Positions 1 to 7,492 of a stretch of DNA of 64,000 nucleotides are shown here, piece after piece. Source of the stretch: Deinococcales bacterium. GTDB taxonomy: Bacteria > Deinococcota > Deinococci > Deinococcales > JAAFIG01. Both the position numbers and the translations under genes were made by a program. Below the pieces are notes generated by a model. That model had not been told where the DNA came from. It saw nothing but the letters and a program-made list of their open reading frames with translations, and did not search any database. Position 1 is the stretch's first letter; each line of letters begins with the position of its first letter. Location: the NCBI GenBank assembly GCA_013298595.1, contig JAAFIG010000006.1, forward strand, positions 66,017 to 130,016, written 5' to 3'.

Positions 1-620
1 TCTTTGGCAAATTCGAGGCGGAAAGGCTCGAGATCAACCACGATAATGGTGGTTGCACCAGCGGCTTTAGCGGCTTGTACCACTGTACAACCAATAGCAC
101 CACCACCAAAAATAGCAATGCTGGCACCCATACCAATACCTGAGCGTTGCACTGCCCAAACAGCCACTGATAATGGCTCGAGCAGTGCAGCCGCTTCTAA
201 ACTGACATGGTCTGGAATTTTAAAAACAAAATCTTCTGCCCATGCCACATACTCGGCAAAAGCACCATCTACGGGTGGGGTTGCCATAAAAACAATATTC
301 GGACAAAGATTGTAGCGTCCGCGTTTACAATGATAACAAGTGCGGCAACACACCCCAGGCTCGAGACTGACCCGATCACCAACTTGCAAATGCTTCACAC
401 TCGAGCCAACGGCTGCTACCACCCCAGCGGATTCGTGTCCAAGAATCATGGGTGCATTGACCACGTACTGCCCAATGTGCATATCGGTGTAATAATGCAC
501 ATCCGAACCACACACCCCAACTCGAGCAATTTTGACCAGCACTTCATGCGCGGCAGGTACAGGAATGGCTCTGCTCTCGAGCCGTACATCTCGAATACCA
601 TGCAGCACTGCGGTTTGCAT
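1..620 (-). CDS. Zn-dependent medium-chain dehydrogenase (sorbitol/L-iditol or threonine dehydrogenase-like). Only the 5' part is present; the 3' end lies left of the window.
   Basis: Absent from the ORF track because it runs off the window. My minus-strand translation from the ATG at 620-618 reads MQTAVLHGIRDVRLESRAIPVPAAHEVLVKIARVGVCGSDVHYY...ILGHESAGVV..., which are MDR/Zn-ADH signatures. The ATG overlaps the TGA of the upstream SDR gene (ATGA). An alternative start is at 626. Confidence 0.8.
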   Translation of the reverse strand, partial: MQTAVLHGIRDVRLESRAIPVPAAHEVLVKIARVGVCGSDVHYYTDMHIGQYVVNAPMILGHESAGVVAAVGSSVKHLQVGDRVSLEPGVCCRTCYHCKRGRYNLCPNIVFMATPPVDGAFAEYVAWAEDFVFKIPDHVSLEAAALLEPLSVAVWAVQRSGIGMGASIAIFGGGAIGCTVVQAAKAAGATTIIVVDLEPFRLEFAK

Positions 621-1375
621 CACCATGAGGTGTACCCACCATCCACGACGACATTAGAACCTGTCATAAAACTCGAGGCTGGACTTGCTAAGAATACGGC
701 TACGGCTGCCACTTCGGTTGGTTCGCCCAAACGACCCATTGGCGTGCTGCTCAGCCACGTGTCACGCCACTCGGGAGTCTCGAGTCCGAGTTTGGTCATG
801 GGTGTGCCAATATAACCCGGACTGATGCAATTAACTCGGATGCCACGACTTGCCCATTCGCCAGCCAAGGACTTAGTTAAATGAATCACGCCTGCTTTGG
901 CGGCGTTGTACGCCGATTGCGGTTGTGGACGATTAGAAATCATGCCTGACATTGAACCGATATTGATAATCGTACCAAAACCTTGTTTCAGCATGATCTG
1001 TGCCACCTCTCGGCAACCATAAAAAACCCCATCTAAATCTATACTCATCACCAACCGCCACTCATCGTCGGATACATCCTCAGATGGAGTATTGCGACAA
1101 ATTCCTGCGTTATTGACCAAGCAATCAATCCGCCCATGCTTAGCCGCCACCGCTTGCACCATGGCTCGCACACTACTCGAGGAAGTCACATCGGTTGCGA
1201 TAAAATCGCCCTGCAACTCGAGCGCAGATTCAGCCCCGACAATTGCGTCGGCTTCGGCAATGACCACAAATGCTCCAGATGCTTTCATAGCTCGAGCAAT
1301 CTCTAAGCCAATACCACGACCACCACCCGTAACAATAACGATTTGCGACTCGAGAGAATAATTTGGTTGGCTCAT
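620..1375 (-). CDS. Short-chain dehydrogenase/reductase (classical SDR)
   Basis: Contains the TGGGRGIG cofactor motif, NNAG and the YNAAK catalytic motif. I prefer the internal start MSQPNYS at 1375 because AAGGAG lies 4-5 nt upstream. The track ORF extends to 1408. Confidence 0.85.
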   Translation of the reverse strand: MSQPNYSLESQIVIVTGGGRGIGLEIARAMKASGAFVVIAEADAIVGAESALELQGDFIATDVTSSSSVRAMVQAVAAKHGRIDCLVNNAGICRNTPSEDVSDDEWRLVMSIDLDGVFYGCREVAQIMLKQGFGTIINIGSMSGMISNRPQPQSAYNAAKAGVIHLTKSLAGEWASRGIRVNCISPGYIGTPMTKLGLETPEWRDTWLSSTPMGRLGEPTEVAAVAVFLASPASSFMTGSNVVVDGGYTSW

Positions 1376-1494
1376 AAAGCTCCTTGTGGAAGGGCGAGAG
1401 GAAGGCAAGGAAAATTGAATGTCAATATCAGTGTTGAGTAGTCAATGATGCAGAGGTTTTTTGATTTCTTTTTTCTACAACATGTTTAGATTTC

Positions 1495-1520
1495 GTAGGG
1501 GCGAACCTTGTGTTCGCCCT
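1495..1520 (+). repeat. REP-like element: GTAG head plus hairpin (GTAGGGGCGAACcttgtGTTCGCCC)
   Basis: Read directly from the sequence. Same family as 35749-35773. Confidence 0.7.
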
Positions 1521-1587
1521 GTGTAGGACAACATGATCTGAATTTGTATTGAAAAGTGTTTTGTGAACCATTGATCGTGTAACTTGT

Positions 1588-1610
1588 GTAAAGCAAACCC
1601 TGTGTTTGCC
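1588..1610 (+). repeat. Degenerate REP-like hairpin (gtaaaGCAAACcctgtGTTTGCc)
   Basis: Same layout as 1495-1520, with substitutions in the head and stem. Confidence 0.45.
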
Positions 1611-1629
1611 TCTTAACCCAATACACGCA

Positions 1630-1656
1630 CCTCGCAGGCAGGGTCTCATGGCGAGG
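1630..1656. repeat. Hairpin CCTCGC-N15-GCGAGG
   Basis: A 6-bp stem related to the GCGAGG/CCTCGC family. No GTAG head. Confidence 0.35.
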
Positions 1657-1736
1657 ACTTCAAAACCATAAAAATGTTTTTATTTTGTGTCTATCTTAAA
1701 ACGTTTTGTATCACAAATTTTTATCTGCGTCTCGAA

Positions 1737-1759
1737 GGCGAGGCGTACCTCGCCGCTAC
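1737..1759 (-). repeat. REP-like element (minus-strand reading GTAGCGGCGAGGtacgCCTCGCC)
   Basis: Read directly from the sequence. Confidence 0.65.
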
Positions 1760-1766
1760 GGTTTAC

Positions 1767-2783
1767 TTATTGTGGAATGATCAAAGTTTTTTGTGATCCG
1801 TTTAGTCCAGGTTGATTTTTATACTCGAGAGCGACACCAACATCTTGAATTGGTAAACGATGGGTGATCAGTGGGGTTACTTGTACCAGTCCGCTCGAGA
1901 GCCAATTTAGGGCTGTGTGCAGTGTGCCATGCAAGGAGAAACTACCAAGGATGGTTAAGTCACGGCGGAATACTTCGTAAGGACTGATGCTAATTTTAGC
2001 TTCGTCTGGAGCAACTCCGTAATAGAGTATTTTGCCTCCTTGAATGGCGTATTGAGGCAATTCGGTTATCACAGCGGGAATACCTGTGGCTTCGGTGACC
2101 ACATCAAAACCATATGGCTCGAGATCAAATAATTGGGTTTTTAGGTTTGGGTGTGGCTCGAGAACTCGTTTGGCTCCAAGGGCAAGGGCAACAGCACGAC
2201 GTTCGGCGTTGGGTTCGATAATCGTAACTTCGCAGATTCCTGAAATAAGCAGGGCTTGCATTAGTAAAATACCAATCGGACCAGCGCCAAATAATAAGGC
2301 TTTGCTGCCAATCTCGGGTTGTAATCGTTTGATACCCCAAGCAATACAGCCCAGTGGTTCAGCAAAAGCGGCGGTCTCGAGATCGAGGTTGCCTATTGGG
2401 TAAACATTACTTTCTGGGGCAACCACGTACTCAGCAAAACCACCACCTCGGGTAACACCAAGGGCAGCGAAATTTTCGCAATGATGCTGCATACCCCTAC
2501 GGCAATGATGGCAGCTGCCACAAGAAATATTCGGGTCTAAAGCAACTCGGTCGCCTTCTTTGACAGCTTTGACACTCGAGCCAATTTGATCCACAATGCC
2601 CGCAATTTCATGCCCAGGAATGAGTGGAAAAACTGCACCAAAATGACCGCTATACAAATGTAAATCTGTACCGCAAACACCTGTAGCTGCTACCCGTACC
2701 CGAACTTCATTAGCACTGACATTTGGTGTGGGAATTTCTTGAATCTCGAGATGATTGGCTTTTGTAATAATTGCAGCTTGCAT
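1767..2783 (-). CDS. Zn-dependent medium-chain alcohol/polyol dehydrogenase
   Basis: Contains GVCGTDLH and GHEIAG motifs plus a GAGPIG Rossmann motif. The start MQAAIITK at 2783 overlaps the TAA of the upstream permease. The longer track ORF to 2894 would overlap the permease by 110 nt. Confidence 0.85.
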   Translation of the reverse strand: MQAAIITKANHLEIQEIPTPNVSANEVRVRVAATGVCGTDLHLYSGHFGAVFPLIPGHEIAGIVDQIGSSVKAVKEGDRVALDPNISCGSCHHCRRGMQHHCENFAALGVTRGGGFAEYVVAPESNVYPIGNLDLETAAFAEPLGCIAWGIKRLQPEIGSKALLFGAGPIGILLMQALLISGICEVTIIEPNAERRAVALALGAKRVLEPHPNLKTQLFDLEPYGFDVVTEATGIPAVITELPQYAIQGGKILYYGVAPDEAKISISPYEVFRRDLTILGSFSLHGTLHTALNWLSSGLVQVTPLITHRLPIQDVGVALEYKNQPGLNGSQKTLIIPQ

Positions 2784-3622
2784 TATTTCACCGCTCCCAT
2801 GGTTAAACCTTGTACCAATTGACGTTGTGCCGACCAACCGAATGCCATGACAGGTAAAATGACCAGTGTTGCAGCAGCGGATAATCCAGCCCAAAACAAG
2901 CCTTGTGTTGTCTTAAAACCACTGATATAGACTGAGAGCGGTGCACCATCAACATTGGTTAAGTTAAGCGCAAAAAAAGCTTCGTTCCAAGCAAAAATAA
3001 TACATAGCAGCGCAGTTGATGCAATTCCAGGAGCAGCTAAAGGCATAGCAATTCTGAGGAATTCATGTTGTAAACTGGCACCATCTACTCTGGCTGCCTC
3101 GAGAATTTCGATAGGGATTTCTGATAGGTAGGAGTGCATCATCCAAATCACCAACGGTAAATTCATGGTGGTGTACATCAGGGTTAATCCAAATATTGTA
3201 TCAAGTAATTGTAAATCCTTAAAAATCAGGTATAACGGTACAATCACACCAACAGGTGGCATCATTTTCGTCGAAATAACCCAAAGCAGTGTACTACGAC
3301 TGCGTGAATTGGGATAAAAAACCATTGAAAAAGCAGCTGGTAAACCCAACAAAAAAGATAATAGCGTTGAACCAATAGCAGCTATCAAAGAGTTTTTTAA
3401 CGCAGGTCCATACTTAGCAAAAGCCAATGAAAAATTGTCAAATATCGGCTGAAAAATAATTACAGGCGGCGTTGCAAAGGCTTGGTTTTCTGTTTTGAAA
3501 GCACTACTAATCATCCAAGCTATTGGGAAGAAAAATGTTAATGCAATGACCCAAGCAAGCAATGCCAGTGCAACGTTTTTAGCAGTACGCCAAGGGTAAG
3601 TCGGGGGTTTTGTAGCAATCAT
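2783..3622 (-). CDS. Carbohydrate ABC transporter permease (MalG/SmoG-like)
   Basis: Multi-TM protein containing the EAA-loop-like segment LEAARVDGAS. It has a 4-nt overlap with the upstream permease. Confidence 0.85.
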   Translation of the reverse strand: MIATKPPTYPWRTAKNVALALLAWVIALTFFFPIAWMISSAFKTENQAFATPPVIIFQPIFDNFSLAFAKYGPALKNSLIAAIGSTLLSFLLGLPAAFSMVFYPNSRSRSTLLWVISTKMMPPVGVIVPLYLIFKDLQLLDTIFGLTLMYTTMNLPLVIWMMHSYLSEIPIEILEAARVDGASLQHEFLRIAMPLAAPGIASTALLCIIFAWNEAFFALNLTNVDGAPLSVYISGFKTTQGLFWAGLSAAATLVILPVMAFGWSAQRQLVQGLTMGAVK

Positions 3623-4539
3623 GATTTGACCTCCAAAGTGGCATTGCGATTCACAAGACGTAAAAATAAAGCAGTCATGATATTAGCTATAACTACCGCA
3701 ATCACCCCAGCAGCTGATGCCATACCAATGCTGTATTCACCAAAAGCTTTTTGGAAAATAAAGAAAGGCAAATTGGTTGTAGCAAGTCCAGGTCCACCAC
3801 TGGTAGCAATATAAATTTCACCATAAATTTGTAAAATAAAAATAGCTTCGAGTAACACCACAACTTCAAAAGCTCGAGTCCAATGTGGCATAACAATAAA
3901 CCAGAATTCTTGTAATTGACTTGCACCATCTAACCGAGCTGCCTCGAGTTGATCTGTCGGTAAGGACTGCAAGCTGGTCAGCAAAATGAGTAATGCAAAT
4001 GGAGTCCATTCCCACGTAACCATCATAATAATTGAAACCATTGGGTACTGTGCTAACCAATCAATGGCTTCAAAACCAAGAGCTTGAGAAGCCATACCAA
4101 ACAAACCAAAAACAGGATTGAGCAAAGAGTTCTTCCAAATTAAAGCTGTTATCACAGGCATGATAAAAAAAGGTCCGATCAATAATGTTCTAGCAACACT
4201 ACGACCAAAAAATGGGCGATTGAATAAGAGTGCCAATGCCGCACCAAAAATGATGGTTAAAGCAATCACACTTAACACCAGCACCAAAGTATTAAGTAAA
4301 ACAGGTACAGAAAGCGGATCTGTAAATAGCGTTACATAATTCTCGAGTCCGATAAAAGGGCGTTTAAACGGATCAACTAAGCTATACCGAAATAAGCTGT
4401 AGTAAATCGTCATGATAAACGGCACTTGGGTGGTTAGAATCAAGAACCCTAAAGCAGGTGCAAGCAGCAGTAACGCAGGCAGTTTCGAGGTACGCCCAGC
4501 ATTTTTTTTCTTTTTTAATGAACGATGTTGCACAGTCAT
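3619..4539 (-). CDS. Carbohydrate ABC transporter permease (MalF/SmoF-like)
   Basis: Multi-TM protein with the segment LEAARLDGAS. I prefer the start MTVQHRS at 4539, which has GAGG about 6 nt upstream. The track ORF extends to 4608. Confidence 0.8.
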   Translation of the reverse strand: MTVQHRSLKKKKNAGRTSKLPALLLLAPALGFLILTTQVPFIMTIYYSLFRYSLVDPFKRPFIGLENYVTLFTDPLSVPVLLNTLVLVLSVIALTIIFGAALALLFNRPFFGRSVARTLLIGPFFIMPVITALIWKNSLLNPVFGLFGMASQALGFEAIDWLAQYPMVSIIMMVTWEWTPFALLILLTSLQSLPTDQLEAARLDGASQLQEFWFIVMPHWTRAFEVVVLLEAIFILQIYGEIYIATSGGPGLATTNLPFFIFQKAFGEYSIGMASAAGVIAVVIANIMTALFLRLVNRNATLEVKS

Positions 4540-4620
4540 AGATAACCTCTGATTTAAGCTGTTTTGCTTTTCATTTTTTGACCCATAAATTTTCTTAAAT
4601 AGCAACAATTTTTGATGATG

Positions 4621-4647
4621 TGAGCAGGTGGTGTTGCCACCTGCTCA
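4621..4647 (-). promoter_or_regulatory. Intercistronic hairpin between the SBP and first permease genes
   Basis: An 11-bp stem tgagcaggtgg / ccacctgctca with a 5-nt loop. It lies 37 nt after the SBP stop. Confidence 0.5.
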
Positions 4648-4683
4648 CGAAGCTCGAGTGGAGGAAACTCGAGTAGGAGGGTG

Positions 4684-6048
4684 TTACTTCTTGTAACCGC
4701 CTTCTTTAGCAACTTTTTCAGCGGCTGTTTGACCAAGTTTCAGAGCTTGGGAAACACTGTACTGACCAGCTAAGGCACCTGCCACATATTGTCCAACTTG
4801 TGTACCAAGGGCTTGAAATTCTGGAATACCCACAAATTGCACACCAACGTAAGGAACTGGATCTTTCGTGGCATCGGTTGGATCAGCACGATTGATTGAA
4901 TCTAGGGTGATACCAGCAAAATCACCAGCTGCTTTTTTGTACTCTGGGTTAGCATAGGTGCTGGCTCGAGTTCCTGGGGGTACGCTTGCCCATGTACCAT
5001 TGGTTTTGGCTACTAAAGCAATGTATTCTTTACTGGTTGCCCATGTAATAAACTTAAAGGCGGCATCACTGACTTTACTCGATTTTGGAATAGCTAACGA
5101 CCATGACCAGAGCCAGTTGCTACCTTTTGGAGTGCCAGGTCCTGTTGGGGCGTTGGCAAAACCAACGGTATCCACAATCTTTGATTGACGTGGGTCTTTG
5201 AGGAATCCTGCTGCCACTGTTGCATCAATCCACATACCACATTTGTTTTGGCTCATATAGGTTAGGTTTTCGGTAAAACCATTACCTGTTGCTCCAGGAG
5301 CACCATATTTCTTTTGTAAATTAACGTAGAACGTCAGGGCACTGTTCCAAGCTGGCGAGTTGATGGTAGCGTTCCAGTTTGTATCAAACCAGCGTCCACC
5401 AAAGGTATTAACCATTGTGCTAAACACTGCCATGTTCTCACCCCAACCAGGTAAGCCACGTAAGCAAATACCAAAGAAACCATTTTGGGGTTTATGTAGT
5501 TTAGCTGCAAAGGTTTGAATTTGTGTCCATGTTGGTTTTACAGGCATGGTCAGTTTAGCCGCAGCAAAAGCAGCTTTGTTATAAAAAGTCATACTTGACT
5601 CGGCATAGAAAGGTAAGGCGTACAGATTTTTGTTGTACGACAAGCCAAGGCGAACTGGTGTTAAAAGGTCGGCTAGGTCGTAACTGGCTTTGATGCTAGC
5701 ATTTCTATCAAACAGTGCATCCATTGAGTTTAACCAACCGTTTTTTGCCCAAATTGGCACTTCGTACGTACCAATGGTGGCAACATCATAACTCCCTGCA
5801 CCCGTGGCAATATCAGTGGTAACTTTTTGGCGTAATTCGTTTTCTGGTAGCACATTCCATTTTAAGTTAATACTAGGGTTAGCTGCTTCAAAGACATTGG
5901 TCAAACTTTCCATCGTTTTCATATCCGAGTTGTTGACCGTAGCGATGGTCACAGTGACTGGACTTTGGGCAAATGCTCCTGTGGCTAAGGCAGCAATCGC
6001 AGCACTCGAGACTAAACCTGCACTGATAATCCAAACTTTTGATTTCAT
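4684..6048 (-). CDS. Sugar/polyol ABC transporter substrate-binding protein (family 1 SBP)
   Basis: Has an N-terminal signal peptide and the ~450-aa size and composition typical of family 1 solute-binding proteins. It is the first gene of the transporter operon. Confidence 0.85.
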   Translation of the reverse strand: MKSKVWIISAGLVSSAAIAALATGAFAQSPVTVTIATVNNSDMKTMESLTNVFEAANPSINLKWNVLPENELRQKVTTDIATGAGSYDVATIGTYEVPIWAKNGWLNSMDALFDRNASIKASYDLADLLTPVRLGLSYNKNLYALPFYAESSMTFYNKAAFAAAKLTMPVKPTWTQIQTFAAKLHKPQNGFFGICLRGLPGWGENMAVFSTMVNTFGGRWFDTNWNATINSPAWNSALTFYVNLQKKYGAPGATGNGFTENLTYMSQNKCGMWIDATVAAGFLKDPRQSKIVDTVGFANAPTGPGTPKGSNWLWSWSLAIPKSSKVSDAAFKFITWATSKEYIALVAKTNGTWASVPPGTRASTYANPEYKKAAGDFAGITLDSINRADPTDATKDPVPYVGVQFVGIPEFQALGTQVGQYVAGALAGQYSVSQALKLGQTAAEKVAKEGGYKK

Positions 6049-6149
6049 ATGATCTCCTAAAACTACTTAAATCTGTATAGAACGAATGAAAACCGTAAAA
6101 TCAACAATTTCTTGTTTGTCACCCCCTTAAAAAAATTCAAAAATGCTTT

Positions 6150-6167
6150 AATGGACACGTGTCCATT
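6150..6167. promoter_or_regulatory. Candidate LacI-family operator O1: perfect 18-bp palindrome AATGGACACGTGTCCATT
   Basis: Read directly from the sequence. It lies in the divergent spacer between the SBP gene (ATG 6048, minus) and the LacI gene. Confidence 0.6.
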
Positions 6168-6244
6168 TGAATCGCAAACAAAAGACAAATTGATATCTTG
6201 CGTTTTTTATTCTCACCTACTTGGTAGAATAAAAAATTGTCTAA

Positions 6245-6260
6245 ATGGTCACGTGGTCAT
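6245..6260. promoter_or_regulatory. Candidate operator O2: imperfect palindrome ATGGTCACGTGGTCAT
   Basis: It shares the GGTCACGTG core with O3 and has two mismatched positions per half-site pair. Confidence 0.45.
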
Positions 6261-6307
6261 TACTCTACAAGATGGAGCTTACATTTGTAAAGCCCCAAAA
6301 AATGTTT

Positions 6308-6329
6308 ATACTGGTCACGTGACCAGTAT
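6308..6329. promoter_or_regulatory. Candidate operator O3: perfect 22-bp palindrome ATACTGGTCACGTGACCAGTAT overlapping the GTG start of the LacI gene
   Basis: Read directly from the sequence. The central CG is typical of LacI-family operators. It covers 6319-6321, the proposed start codon. Confidence 0.6.
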
Positions 6330-7344
6330 CCTCGATGTTGCTAAAAAAGCAGGGGTTTCACCCACCACTGCAAAACGCGCCGTCAATCAACCACACCTCT
6401 TAACTCAGGCTACCTTAGAACGCGTCCAAACCGCCATTCAAGCCCTCAATTACGAACCTGACCGCATGGCAGGCGCACTGCGGCGCGGACACAGCAAAAC
6501 CATTGGCTTAATGGTTGGTAACATCATCGAACCATTCTTTGCCCAACTCACCCGTACAATCGCTAAAGCTGTCCATGCCAAAGGTTACGCCCTCATTATT
6601 GCCGACAACGAATACGACTCGAGCCTTGAACTCGAGAATTTACGTATGTTCCACGGACAACGGGTCAGTGGTCTTATTTTGCGTTCCGCTTTCGGCACAG
6701 GCAACCTCGAGTATATGCAACGCTTACAAGAACAAGGCACATTTATTCTCGAGATAGACCATTTTTTAGCCAATAGTGGCTTTAGTCATATCATGCTTGA
6801 TAACCGTGCAGGTGTCGAAATGGGGCTGCGGTACTTACATAGTTTAGGACATCAAAAAATCGCACCTTTAACCTTATTTGATGCCACCAAGCTCCAAGAC
6901 GAACGCGCCAAAGCCTTCAATGAAATCATGCTAAGCCTTGGCTTAAAAATACCCAAAGCCTATCAACACAGCACCACCCCAACTGAAGAAGGCGCGTACC
7001 AACGCACCCTCGAGTTAATGCGATTACCTGACCCACCCACCGCGATTATTTCCATGACTGGTAACGAAGCTGCAGGCGCTTTTCGAGCCTTCAAAGAAAA
7101 AAATATTCGCATTCCAGAAGATGTTTCTTTTTTAACTTTCGATGATTACTCGTGGATGAGTTTAGTCGAACCACCCTTAGATGTGATCGTGCAACCAATT
7201 GAAGCAATGGGTTTACGAGCCGTAGAAATAACCATTAGTGCCATCGAACGCCGCCAACTAGATACCGTAGTACAAGAACGATTCCCCAGCCGTTTAATTC
7301 GCCGAGGCAGTTGTACCGCACCAAGAAAACACACTTTGAAATAA
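6319..7344 (+). CDS. LacI-family transcriptional regulator
   Basis: From the GTG at 6319 the N-terminus reads (M)TSILDVAKKAGVSPTTAKRAVNQ, the canonical LacI HTH, followed by a periplasmic-binding-like sugar domain. No in-frame ATG lies between 6151 and the HTH; the track ORF's upstream extension (6112-6318) precedes the HTH and covers the operator sites. Confidence 0.8.
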   Translation: MTSILDVAKKAGVSPTTAKRAVNQPHLLTQATLERVQTAIQALNYEPDRMAGALRRGHSKTIGLMVGNIIEPFFAQLTRTIAKAVHAKGYALIIADNEYDSSLELENLRMFHGQRVSGLILRSAFGTGNLEYMQRLQEQGTFILEIDHFLANSGFSHIMLDNRAGVEMGLRYLHSLGHQKIAPLTLFDATKLQDERAKAFNEIMLSLGLKIPKAYQHSTTPTEEGAYQRTLELMRLPDPPTAIISMTGNEAAGAFRAFKEKNIRIPEDVSFLTFDDYSWMSLVEPPLDVIVQPIEAMGLRAVEITISAIERRQLDTVVQERFPSRLIRRGSCTAPRKHTLK

Positions 7345-7390
7345 ATTCTCGAGTACACAAAAATATTAAGTGTGCACTCGAGAATTTTTC
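7343..7390. terminator. Hairpin terminator between the convergent LacI and BNR genes
   Basis: The arms aaattctcgagtacac / gtgtgcactcgagaattt give about 16 bp with 1 mismatch. Each arm contains CTCGAG. A T-run follows on the plus strand. Confidence 0.6.
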
Positions 7391-7492
7391 TGCTGTAACT
7401 GCACAGTTGTCTAAGATTTTGATTACTGATAGCGACATTTAATTCTCAAGCGACGACTGAGTCAGTAGGCAGTCGCTCGAGAACTTTGCTAC

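Noticed and set aside
4-815. Plus-strand track ORFs 4..315 and 207..815
   Set aside because: They lie antisense to the clearly recognisable Zn-dehydrogenase gene (GVCGSDVHYY, GHESAG) and have low-complexity, motif-free products. They are shadow ORFs. The same reasoning applies to the many 60-170-aa ORFs nested antisense or out of frame inside larger genes throughout the track. Examples are 1092..1361, 8468..8935, 10892..11350, 19097..19999, 24600..25076, 33009..33596, 37383..37844, 42709..43170 and 43361..44482.
1428-1649. Track ORF 1428..1649 (minus strand) in the gap between the SDR and Zn-ADH genes
   Set aside because: It is composed of translated REP-like hairpins (the RANTRFAPT-type peptide comes from GGGCGAAC...GTTCGCCC). 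The same applies to 35553..35780 and 35587..35943, which read through the GTAGGGGCGACC element.
2784-2894. N-terminal extensions of several track ORFs (1767..2894, 3619..4608, 620..1408, 6112..7344, 9845..12658, 39713.., 57537.., 47899..48831)
   Set aside because: The longest-ORF starts would overlap upstream genes or add non-homologous leaders. Internal starts restore canonical N-termini (signal peptides, LacI HTH, Rossmann beginnings) and have Shine-Dalgarno-like sequences or ATGA coupling.
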